NCBI GenBank assembly: GCA_965287045.1
Contig: OZ336873.1
Span: forward strand, 37,200,001 to 37,264,000
Length of the DNA stretch: 64,000 bases
From: Carcharhinus amblyrhynchos
Lineage: Eukaryota
Direction: 5' to 3'
The position numbers and the translations under genes were made by a program. Under the pieces are notes generated by a model. That model had not been told where the DNA came from. It did no database searches and saw only the letters and a program-made list of their open reading frames with translations. Numbering within the stretch: the stretch's first letter is position 1; every line of letters begins with the position of its first letter. Below, in pieces: positions 12,649 through 23,809 of this stretch.

Positions 12649-15600
12649 ATTGTTTAGCAATGTAACAGAAAAAGGCAAACATTTACTTCAGCTAACTGAC
12701 AGGAAAATGAATAATTCAGCAATAAAAGAATGTAGGTAGACTTTCAGAAAAGAAAATGTTTTTACAAGATTTACCATGCTCAAAATCAGGCACTTTTATA
12801 AGGATACACTAAACATGAATTTCTGCTTGCTGGTAATCAGAATCAAGATAAAAATTGCTGAAGGAACACAGAAAATAGAGAGTTACAACTGTTCCCGAAA
12901 TTCTAACTTCTATTTAAAATTCCATCACGTTGCAGCTGGACATCTGTGAAACAGTTTTGCCATGGAATTTGCAAGGACTTGAATGCAAACTATAACACCC
13001 AACAAAGTAGGTTTCTGGATCTCCATCTAAATAAAAAGAATGAATAGCAGAATAAAAGACAATTTCCTTCCAATAGCAAGAATTGAAGCCAAATCTAAAG
13101 ACAGCTGAACATAACCTTAACACAACTGAGCCTTGGGAGAATGCTCATCCCGGGTTGTTACAGGACATAAAGATGCATAGATTGAAGGAAGAATAGAATT
13201 ATCTCACCAAAGAAAAATGTTCATTTTCTCATGGATGTGTAAGAATGCAGGCAAATCATGAAAGTCTCTGAGACTGCTTAGTTCTAATTCCTGAATCTTC
13301 TTTGAACCCCAAGCTATATTACAAGAGTGTAACATTTGTACCTGATGAGTGTATAATGAGAAGCTTTGACACATGCATTTTTTTCAATAATACTCAAGTT
13401 CTGTACCATCAAACACCTATTACCATTTGTAAAGTCTGAGTAACCATTTGAGACCATGTAGTAATAAAACAATTTCTGGTTCAAAGATATACCTGACTGT
13501 TTTAAGCATTTACAATTTAAAGAAAATATTATATTAAATAAAAGAGATGTGACATATTTTGAATGTTGAAATTATGCTCAACAACTGAAGGATCCATGAG
13601 GAGAGGAAAGGTTAACCTGGAAAAAGAGGTTCTACACTTACAATTTTTGTTCAAATTATGCAAAACCATTGGTTGTTTAAGGCCCAGAAATTGAATAGTT
13701 CAGATGCCAGGCAGATGCCAAAGATCAACAAAATAATTTTGTGGCTGAGAGAATGAGCAGTTTGGCATATTACAGAAATTAAATTCCATCATGAAATTTT
13801 TGGTGCAATCATTTTGCAACTCATTTTCCAGCATAGCAACCTGAGGTTCCATTTGAGACAAGAGATCATTTTCCAAGGTTGCAAGTAACAAACTACGGCC
13901 ATAACTAACAAAGGATTAAGAGACTATTGATAGCTCATGACAACCTGCTTCCTGAGAAATATTGGTTGGTCAAGTAGCTTCAATCACTAAATCATATGAG
14001 TATTTATCAAGTTAATTTGCTGCTTTTTGTGCATTCATTTAGTAAAGTACCAGGGTTACTTAATTAATGCCTTTTGTAGCAAGTGCATGTGATAATCAGA
14101 TTTTGTTCTGAGGAAACTAAATGGAGAAAGGTCAATAAAACCAATACAATGAATACAAGGATTCCTTACAATAAAATGTTAACTCAATCCCAATACTGGG
14201 TCTATAACATGATAATAATTTCCATTCTTTATGTGATATGTACTGTGATGTCAAAATTAGTCATTGTTGGACTCACTGAAGTGGCCAACAAAAGCAAAGC
14301 ATCCAACAGTAAGTACATCATGCACCCAATATTGCGTTCATTTTTATTCAGTATGTCAGTACTTAAAAATATTGATCTGCATCTGGTTTTATCAGTGGCT
14401 ATATACATAACAAAATCCAGGTACAACCAAGGTCATCCCAGAACGTGCTCAAGATAATAGACAAACCAATAATGACTCGACAATACATCTCTTCAAAATA
14501 TTTGTTTTGTGTCTACTGAATGAGCACTTGTCGATAAGGTAGCTTTAATGGATTTTTTGATAATTTATTGAAAATATTTTTAAAATTCTAAGTCTAATAT
14601 TAAACATGCAAAGGATATTTTAAAGTTAATGGTAAACAGCCACAAAAATAATTTTGCCTTATTTAATCCATTCTCTGCAATTTCGGTTGTGGGCAGCTGT
14701 GTTTTCAAAACTAGAAAGAATACCAATCTTATAACAAAGTAATACATTCAGAGACAAAGTGGAAGCCTTCGTCCAACAATTTAATGTCTACCCATTTCAG
14801 TGAGCACCTGTTGAGGAAAACCTTTATTAAAAGCACTGCATTCTTGTAATAAAGATCTGTGTGAATTAATTTTGATTGCTCCACAAAACTCTTGCTCTGC
14901 ATTACAAATTAGGGCCTCTGATGTGGCCTGAAAATATCAGGGGAGAAGCGAGTCTGAATGAAGATTTGCTTCGACTGCAGTAATATAATCTGTGCAGTGA
15001 CATTAAAATACAGCACTGGTCACACTGGTCCAGATCTCCCTGCTGTAGCAGATTGCATTGACTTAAATTACCAGGTGTTTTTTGTCCAGAACAGAGAAAT
15101 TATCTCGGCTAAAAATCTCAAAAAAAAATGAAAGGAGCGTCTTGTTAAAGAAGGGAACATGATATTTTACATTTGGAATGAATTGATGGGTTCTATTTTC
15201 GCTGCCTACTTTTTTCGCTATTGCTTAATTTGAGCACATTACTAAATATGTTGTAAACCAAACAGTGCTTACTGTTACGTTTCACAACAGTCATTAATAT
15301 TTACAGGTAGAGAAGGTAAATTATTTTAATGGCCCAAACACAGTTAATCCATTGCCATCATACTTCCTTTTTATGTGTTAATTCTAACTGCTTGGTTCCT
15401 GAAAATCTTGGAGACAAATAATAATTAGAAGAGGGTAATAGCTTAGAAATCTGATGCTTATGAATTGGACAATTATTTTAAAAATACACACTTGGAAATC
15501 ACTTTGAAAACATTTGTAAAAAGATTACTCTTCTTAATGGTATTTCACCTATGTAATTCCTTTCTGCCAGTGAAAAACAATGCATTATTGGGTTTAATTT

Positions 15601-15809
15601 ATAAAATTAAATTACCTCGATTAACAGATGCAGCAACCGAAAAATAAGTAGGCTAATGAGAAACAGCACAAGTGTAATTCCATGCATATGCAAAGCACTT
15701 AGAAAATCTGAATTTTCATATTTGGACTAAAGCCTTCATATTGCTGTAAGGAAATAAAATGGCACAACTAATTTAACTCACACAAAACAATCTTTGAACA
15801 CAAATTAAA

Positions 15810-16452
15810 TTCTGATGCAAATATTGCTAATATCACTCCCCGAGATATCAAGAAACGGCTGAAGACACCGGATACTGCAAAGGCAATGAGCCCTGACAAT
15901 ATTCCAGCAATTGTCCTGAAAAGTTGTGTTCCAGAACTTGTCATGCCCCTAGCCAAGATGTTCCAGTACAGCTACAACACTGGCATGTACTCGGCAATGT
16001 GGAAAATTGCCCAGGTATATCCTGTACATAAGAAACAGGACAAAACCGTCCTAGCCAATTACGCACCATCAGTCTACTCTCAATTTATCAACAAGGGGAT
16101 GGAAGGGGTCATCAACCACGCTATCAAGTGGCACTTACTCAGCAATAATCTGCTCATGGATGCTCAGTTTGGTTCTGCCAGAGCAGCAGATACCTTGGAA
16201 CACCACCACCTGAAAGTTCCCCTCCAAGTCACACATCATCCTGACTTGGAAATATAACACCATTCCGTCACTGTTGCTGGGTCAAAATCCTGGAACTCTC
16301 TCCCTAACAGCACCTAATAGATGTAGCTACACCTCAAGCAATTGCAGCAGTTCAAGGAGGCAACTCACCACAACCTTCTCAAGGGCAACTAGGGATGAAC
16401 AACAAATAGTGGCCTAGCCAGCAACACCCACATCTTGTAAATTTAAAAAAAA
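15810..16452 (+). mobile_element. CR1-clade LINE with internal deletion
   Basis: SPDNIPAIVLKSCVPELVMPLAKMFQYSYNTGMYSAMWKIAQVYPVHKKQDK jumps at ~16180 to the 3' terminal region and an A tail. Confidence 0.85.
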
Positions 16453-19094
16453 AGGCACTGTTGTGGTACAGATGAGCTTCAGACTACTGAAGGTGGAATG
16501 AGGCCAAGAGAGCTCAGTTTTCCTGCCAATCCTGTATTGTACTTTGCATAAGGAATATGTTCTTTCCGCAATGGCTTATGAATGACAGTGGAACTTGAAT
16601 GTTAGGAGATAGACAAGGGCCCAATTATCTCTTTGATAACATTAAAAAGATTTCCAAAAAGTATTGCCTGATTAATGAACTTACTTAAATAAAGTCATGG
16701 GCAAGAATTTCGTGGAGGCAGGAAGACTCCCAGACCATTAAAAATGGTGGAAAGCACCCAGATATGGAAGTCTCGTCCCCATTTTTGAAATTTCCCATGT
16801 TTGGTGAAGGTGGTGGGGTGTGACGCACAAATGCTAGAAACCAAAACTCAGTAGGGGGTTTGAGTACTGCGTTCAAACAGACCCTATTTTGACTCTTTGC
16901 AAGGATCTTCACCTACTGTGTGGGAGTCGACAATTTGGAGCAGACGTAAAGACTCTTATAGGATGGATAAGGTTTATTAAGTGTCATGATCTGAAGGTTT
17001 TTAAATCTCCCACTCTTTAACAAGAAAAACAGGCTGACGCTGTCAATAAAAGGCAAAAATGCTCCTGCTGAAAAGCTTTGATCGACAGGTCATTTATTGT
17101 AGTTTAAAAACAATTGCCATTTACATAGTTTCAATAAAAAAAGTTTTCCCTGAAAAAAATTAAAAAGTGTTCTTTGTTAACATTTCTCCAACAGTCATTA
17201 TGAATATTGGCTGAGCTTCAAAAGCTACAAATATCTCAACAGAGGATTCTGAATTTACAGCTTGATTAACAGATTAATGTGGTTATTAAACATTTAGCTG
17301 TATCTCATGTGGGATCTACTTTGAAATCTGTTTTTATAAGCGATTAACCACTTGAGGAGGTTTAAAATTTTGAATAGGTTTTTGAATGGTAGATTTTTCA
17401 TTATCAATTGAGAGCTGTGTTAGATTTTCAGAAGTTAATCTTTTCATCATCGCCACATGGTTCCAGAGGCCTGCACATTGTAAATACTGGGCGAGTGGCC
17501 ACTTATTGCCATGGCCAAATGGGGCATGGGGGAATGAATGGGGTCATGAGTTGGCATGGAGGTGGCATGGGGTGAGGGGTGATGGTTTAGAGAGCCTATG
17601 AGTTTCTAAAATAGCTGGGACAATTTCCAGAGCACTTAGGTGAACCTTCTAACCAGCTCGCCTCAGCAGTCAGCTGCACTCCCACCTGCCTAGGTCAGCA
17701 AGGCCAACTCTATCCCACTCCCAACTCCCCAGGCTGAAAATTGAATTAAATGGAACTCTTTAAATCGATGTTGGTCTACCAAATCAGGAAATTGCCAAAA
17801 TCTATCCACCTATTTCAGTAGCAAAAATACTGACCCAAGAGTCAACCTTCAGTGTGTTGTGCTAGCTTATCTTAGCTAAGTCATCAATATGGTGTATAAG
17901 CAATCTCAACACCTCTGACTGGGCAGCGGAAAGGTAACTAGGTTCCTACTACATCTGATCATTTTAATGACTTCCCTTTAAAAAGCACATGTGAGTGAGG
18001 AAAACATATGACTCATGTTGTTCACCACACTCAAGTGATCCACAAATATTCACTGTCAGCCTTACCTGTCAGTGAGTACTTAGATGAGGTCCTGGAATCC
18101 TCACTACACCCAATATCTTCAGAAGTGGAGAGGGGAATTTTGTTTTTAACAATTTCTTGGTACTTTTTAAACTTTACCTTTGCACATAGCAGAGTGGGTG
18201 AGAAGCCAAAGCAGTTAAGGGTTCCATGTTTGAGGTGATTTCATATTCCCCTCCTGATTTGGTTTTGGGTCTTTTGCTAGAAGCATTACAATACAATTTC
18301 AAGTTCATAAAGTTGAATCTCTTTGCATCATTGAAAACTGTGCAGTATAAGTAACCTATTAACCTATTCTGTTCTACTAGGAACAGAATAAAAGAGAAAT
18401 AGGCAAGGAGCTTACATGTGGCTGGCAATGAAAGGATACTTTTAAAATAGTCTCCCTTATTCAATGCTTATTCCATGCATTTGTTGAGCATGGGTATCTC
18501 AATAAAGCATTCACAAGTGCTACCTGTCTGTCATTTGTGATAAAATCTGAAACTAGGCTTCCCATCTGTTTAAACTATTTAAAGAATATAGCACACTAAG
18601 GCCCACTGCAGTAATTGCTTTTTTGGACTACCTTGCAAGATGATCCATATCCCTACTTCCTGAAGCTATTAACTCTTTACACAACAGAGTAAAACAAAAA
18701 TTACATACCTTCAGTGCAGCAAACAATGTGACTAGCAATTTGGTTCAACCTTTTCTAGGTAAGGTACAATGGTTAACGATACTTTCCCCCGACTCTCAAG
18801 TAAGGCAAACTTTTTCCTGCCTTTCTGCAGTCTGAGCTCCTGTCACAATACTTGTAAACTTGATCTCCTTGGAATCAACAGTGGTGTGGTTTTATAAAAT
18901 TTAAAAATACAATTTTCAGAGGGATAACTAAGCAAAAACAAATCTTAGTTTTCAGTAAAACTGGAAAAAATACCTGCTGCACTGATTGTAGAGATCATGA
19001 TGAGTCAATATTTTATATATGTTGAATAAAAAAGGAATAACCAAACATATAAGCTATGTGTACATGTTAAATGTAAGCTACATATGAACTACAA

Positions 19095-20425
19095 TAGTGC
19101 TCCAGAACTAGCCATGCCCTTAGAAAAACTTTTCCAGTACAACTACAGCACTGGCATCTACCCAACAATATACAAAATTGTATAGATATATCCTATCCAC
19201 AAAAGGTAAGACAAACCCAATTTGGCCAATTAATGACCATAAGTTCACTCTCAATTAGCAGCAAAGTAATAGAAGTTGTCGTTGACACAGGTATCAAGCA
19301 ATTCATGCTCAGCAATAACTTATTTTTCTCAGCTTGGGTTCCACCAGCACCACATGGCTTCAAATCTCATTACAACTTTAGTCCAAACATGGACAACAGA
19401 GCTGCATTCCAGAAACAAATTGTTTTGAAATCAAGGCTGCATTTGATTGATTGTAGCAACAAGAGGCCCTAACAAAATTGAAGACAGTGGGAATTGGGGA
19501 GAAACCTTTCACTGAAAAACCAGGGAGTGGCATGAGGTAAATTGCTCCAATAGTGAGCTGGCAAAGACACAATGGGCTGAACGGCCTCCTTCTGTGCTAT
19601 AACCATTTTGTGATTCTGGTTGGAGTCATACCTAGTGCAACGGAAGATGGTAGTTGGAGGCCAATCACTTCAGCCTCAGATCATTTCCTCAGGACCTCCA
19701 CAGAGTACTGCCCTAGTCTCATCAATTTCCTTAATTACCTTCTCTCCAACAAAAGTCAAGAGTGAGGATGATTGCTGATGATTGTACAGTTTTTAACAGT
19801 ATTCCCAACTCATTAGATTTGGAAGCAGCTGTGCCCACATGCAGTGTGATCTGCACAGCATCTAGGTCTGGGGTGATAAATGACAAAAAAGCTCGTGCCA
19901 AATAAATGCCATGCAATGACCAGCTCCAAGAAAACAGAAACTAGCTATCCTTGACAGGCAATGGCATTACCATCTTGGAATTCCCCCATTATTGACTCTC
20001 TGGAAATTACTATTAACCAGAAATTTAACTGGGCCAGTCACATAATTACTGTGGCTACAAGAGCAGGTCAGAGACTGGGAATTTTGTAGCAAGTAATTCA
20101 CCTGCTGACTCCCCAAAATCTGCCCACTATCTATAAGGCACAAGTCAGGTGTGTGAGGAATACTCTCTGCTTGCTGGATGAGTGCAGCTCCAACAACGCT
20201 TGACATTCACCACCATACAGCATAAAGCAACCTATTTCATCAGAATCCCATTCACCACCTTAAACCCTCCATAACAGTGCACTATGGCTTCAGTGTGTGT
20301 CACCCACAAATTGCACTGTAGCAACTAGCCAAGGCACCTTCAACAGTAATTTCCAAACCCAAGGTCTCTATCATACAGAAGAACAAGGGCTGAAGATGCA
20401 TAAGAACATTACCACCTGCAAGTTA
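19095..20425 (+). mobile_element. CR1-clade LINE fragment
   Basis: Same family as 15810-16452. RT remnants are present, including attgctgatgattgtaca (xADD). Confidence 0.8.
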
Positions 20426-21067
20426 ATGAAGCCTGGCCATCAACATTCATCAATGATACAACCTACTCATGTAAGCATCTTGCCTGTTGAGCATGGGAAA
20501 TCCAGTGGCTCCCCCACGGAACTGAGTTCATCAAATTAAGTAGGTGGGATTAAGTGATTAATTAAGTGATCCTGGGACCGAGCCACAATCAACAGGTCCA
20601 GTCAGAAATGACCGAGGGGGTTGTCTGACCTGACTGTCTGCCATTCTCATAAAGGCATCATGCATTTGAAGGGTTACAGTTCACCAGGATCTCACACACT
20701 AACAGTAGAACAGATATCAGCACTGATTATCTGACAGACACTCTATCATCACAATCTTATGTAACATCTTGCACAAATGGCATCTTCAGACCTTGCTGGG
20801 GAGGACACAACACACACACAGGAAACCCAGGGTGACATTTATATCTAAATGCAGATGGGGAGATTGGAGTTTGGTGAAATTCAGGAGCAGTGCCAGCCCA
20901 GTGAAGCTAGCCAGCTATTAAAGATCTGAAATTGCACAAGTAGAGGCTAGATAGCAGACTCAGAAATTCAGGGGAATGGAGTCTTGCGAAATGAAATGTT
21001 AACCTGAGAGGCATGCAGCTGTTGAGAAAATGTGATGTGGAGCAGTTTTGAAGAAATTCAGCGACTT

Positions 21068-21189
21068 GGACCAGAATTTTCCAGCCGTTAATGCCCTGCA
21101 TCTACTGCAAGCAAGGGTGGAAAATTTGGCATTCAGCCAAATCTTTGTTCACTGCAGCAGGACCAGAGAATGGCTGGAAAATTCCAGCC
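21068..21189. mobile_element. Short MITE-like element
   Basis: TIR gaattttccagcc...ggctggaaaattc. The interior aatttggc...cagccaaatct is shared with 27461-27596. Confidence 0.6.
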
Positions 21190-21662
21190 TTAATCTCTCA
21201 AAGTGGAAGCAGTCGCTCATAAAGGAGACACAGTTTCACCAAAGTTGACTGATTCCAGTGTTCAATGATATCTGGGAGGGTTGCTGAGACAATGTGGTGT
21301 GTTTGACCATTGTTTACCTGTGAATTCACATGTACCTGATATTAACACAAAATTTTAGAATACAAGATGGACATAGTAAATTTTTAAAATCATTTTGCCT
21401 TTGTAACTTTTATTTTTGTTTATTCAAAACCCATTGTAACTTTACTCTCTTAGCAAGTGTCTTGACTCTCAAACTTTGCCTGCTTGAAACAAGTAGTTAT
21501 TGTTCTCTGGGCAGGTAGTACCAAATATTTGGGAAACATGTTAAGGATCTTAATAACATTTAACTCATAGGTTAATTTATTACACATGTCTACATATTAT
21601 GGACTCCTTAGCCATTGAATAGAAATTGTTTAAATAAACTGTCACTAAAGCAGTGCCAAAGT

Positions 21663-21969
21663 TTATTTAAAGTTTATTATTTATTAGTCACAAGTAAGCT
21701 TACATTGATATTGTGATGAAGTTACTGTGAAAATTTCCTAGTTGTTACACTCTGGCACCTGTACACTGAGGGAGAATTTAGCGTGGGCAATGCACCTAAC
21801 CAGCATTCCTTTCGGACTGTGGAGGGAACCAGAGCGCCCAGAGCAAACCCGTGCAGACGGTGAGGGGAATGTACAGGTTCCACACAGATAGTGACCCAAG
21901 CCGGAATTCAAACCCAGGTCCATGGCACTGTAAGGCAGCAGTGCTAATCACTGTGCCATCGTGTCACCC
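21663..21969 (-). mobile_element. tRNA-derived SINE (V-SINE/HE1-like head)
   Basis: On the minus strand: GGGTGACACGATGGCACAGTGATTAG (A box) ... GGTTTGAATTCC (B box), V-domain, and an AATAAA/TAAACTT tail. Confidence 0.85.
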
Positions 21970-23670
21970 ATTAAAAATTACAATAATAATCCACACCAAT
22001 ATCTTCCAAAGTGTTTCACAACTTTACAATTTATATCTAAAAACTTGCAACAAGACACTGGCAGCAACCCTTATAGCTCATAAAATAACTATACTAACAA
22101 CTCCTTCTGAATACACAAAAATACACACCTTCTTTCAAATGCTGTATGCTTAAAAAATGACTTTGTGATTTCTAACAAAGAATGTATTGAAGCAAAAGTG
22201 CTGAACCACAGAAAATGTTAGTTTTGAATTTAAAACAAACCTAACAATTGTAGGCTTCTTGTAATTTGAATTTTGGTGCAGAAGTCCTTTTCTAAATCTT
22301 AACAAATGAAAATCTGAACTGTTATTTCTTTATATTCACTATGAAGTCAGCTTGTCTGACCACTAATTGGCAACAATTCTGTAAATCCACAGGTGCCCCA
22401 TTCAGGGAATCAAAATCTGGGAAGTCCTGAGCAAGCATCGGTTGAAAAGCTCTCCATGTCACGGTCCTCCTCCTTCATCAATTCAGATCATGTATTATTC
22501 GAATCATCTGCTACATCAGTGGTGCTTTTCATGTGCAGAAATTGCTGAGGCAACAATGACATTTCACTGCTCTGCAGGTGTTGCTGTGTGCTGCTAGGAA
22601 CCCCTTAGTGTAGTTTAACATTGTTCCATGTAGGCACTTTGAACGCAAATACAAAGACTGCACGGCAATCAGAGACCTTATAGGCTACAGAGAGTTAAGG
22701 GCAACCAAAAGGCCACAGCAGGAATGGATGATTAATCCATAATATTTACCTCAATGGCAACTCCAAATCTCTTTAAAAGTCATAAAGCCTGATGCCTCAT
22801 TACACAGCAACGGCTTCAAAACTGTTTTCTAAAACCGCAAAACAATGATCAATAAGTTTTTTTTTAAACAGTGTGAACAAATACACCAAAGGAACTTTCA
22901 GCTCGTGTTTATCAAACTTAATGATATTATGACCTCTGCACTGTATTTCTCAATACTTCAACTGAACACGCAACAATTCCTTCAATTTCATAATTTAGCG
23001 AGTATTATGCAAGATTTTATTTCACAAAGTATTCCCCCTTTCAGTACCATCACTATAAATAACATTCAGGTTCAGTGGGAGAAGATCAATTGAACATATA
23101 TTTGCTATCTGAGCTTTGGCTGCTGCTGTATTACTTCACTGTATAATCAATATTCAACCTCTTAAGTGCATAGCCAAAAGCCCACATCATCATTAGCCCA
23201 AGTCAGTGTAGGTTTATTACACACCTAACAGCATGTTGTAGTCTTCCTCAGCATTACTAATTGCAACAAAAAATTCACACACTCCAGCGGTACTTTCTAC
23301 TGACACTGCTGAGGGTACACTATGACTGTCTATTAAATTGACAGTTATTTATTTTTCCACCTGCTTCATGACAAGGTTTTTTTTTAATCTTCTGTTTGTG
23401 CGTAGATTTCCCTACAGCCACTTGCGATGTCAATTAATAGTCAGTCAACAGAAGATGCATCATGACTGATTTTCCTGAGCCTTCCACTTGCATTCATAAA
23501 AAACAGAAACCAATTGCCCAAGATTTGCCAAGCAGAACAGCTGAGTATTGGCTAAACTTACAACAATGTCTGGAAAGTCAAGACTGTGTTTCTTAAGGTA
23601 CCAAGATTCCCAAGTGTCTCTTTTGAATAACACTCATAAACTATTTTGTGATTATTTACTACTGATGGTG

Positions 23671-23752
23671 GTCTCACAACACCAGGTTAATGTCCAACAG
23701 GTGTATTTGGTATCATGAGCTTTCGGAGTGCTGTCCCTTCATCAGGTGAGTT
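23671..23752 (-). mobile_element. Penelope-like element terminus with hammerhead-ribozyme core
   Basis: Minus strand CTGATGA-AGGGACAGCACTCC-GAAA-GCTC...cctgttggacattaacctggtgttgtgaga. Same family as 39146-39225 and 53962-54050. Confidence 0.6.
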
Positions 23753-23809
23753 TTGTGTGTACAGGGTGTTTTTACATTTGTTTGGAGAAATATTTATGAT
23801 ATTTATGAT

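Noticed and set aside
18709-18868. Minus-strand segment with donor AAG|GTATGT
   Set aside because: The acceptor is poor and the frames examined contain stops. The evidence is too weak to list as an exon.
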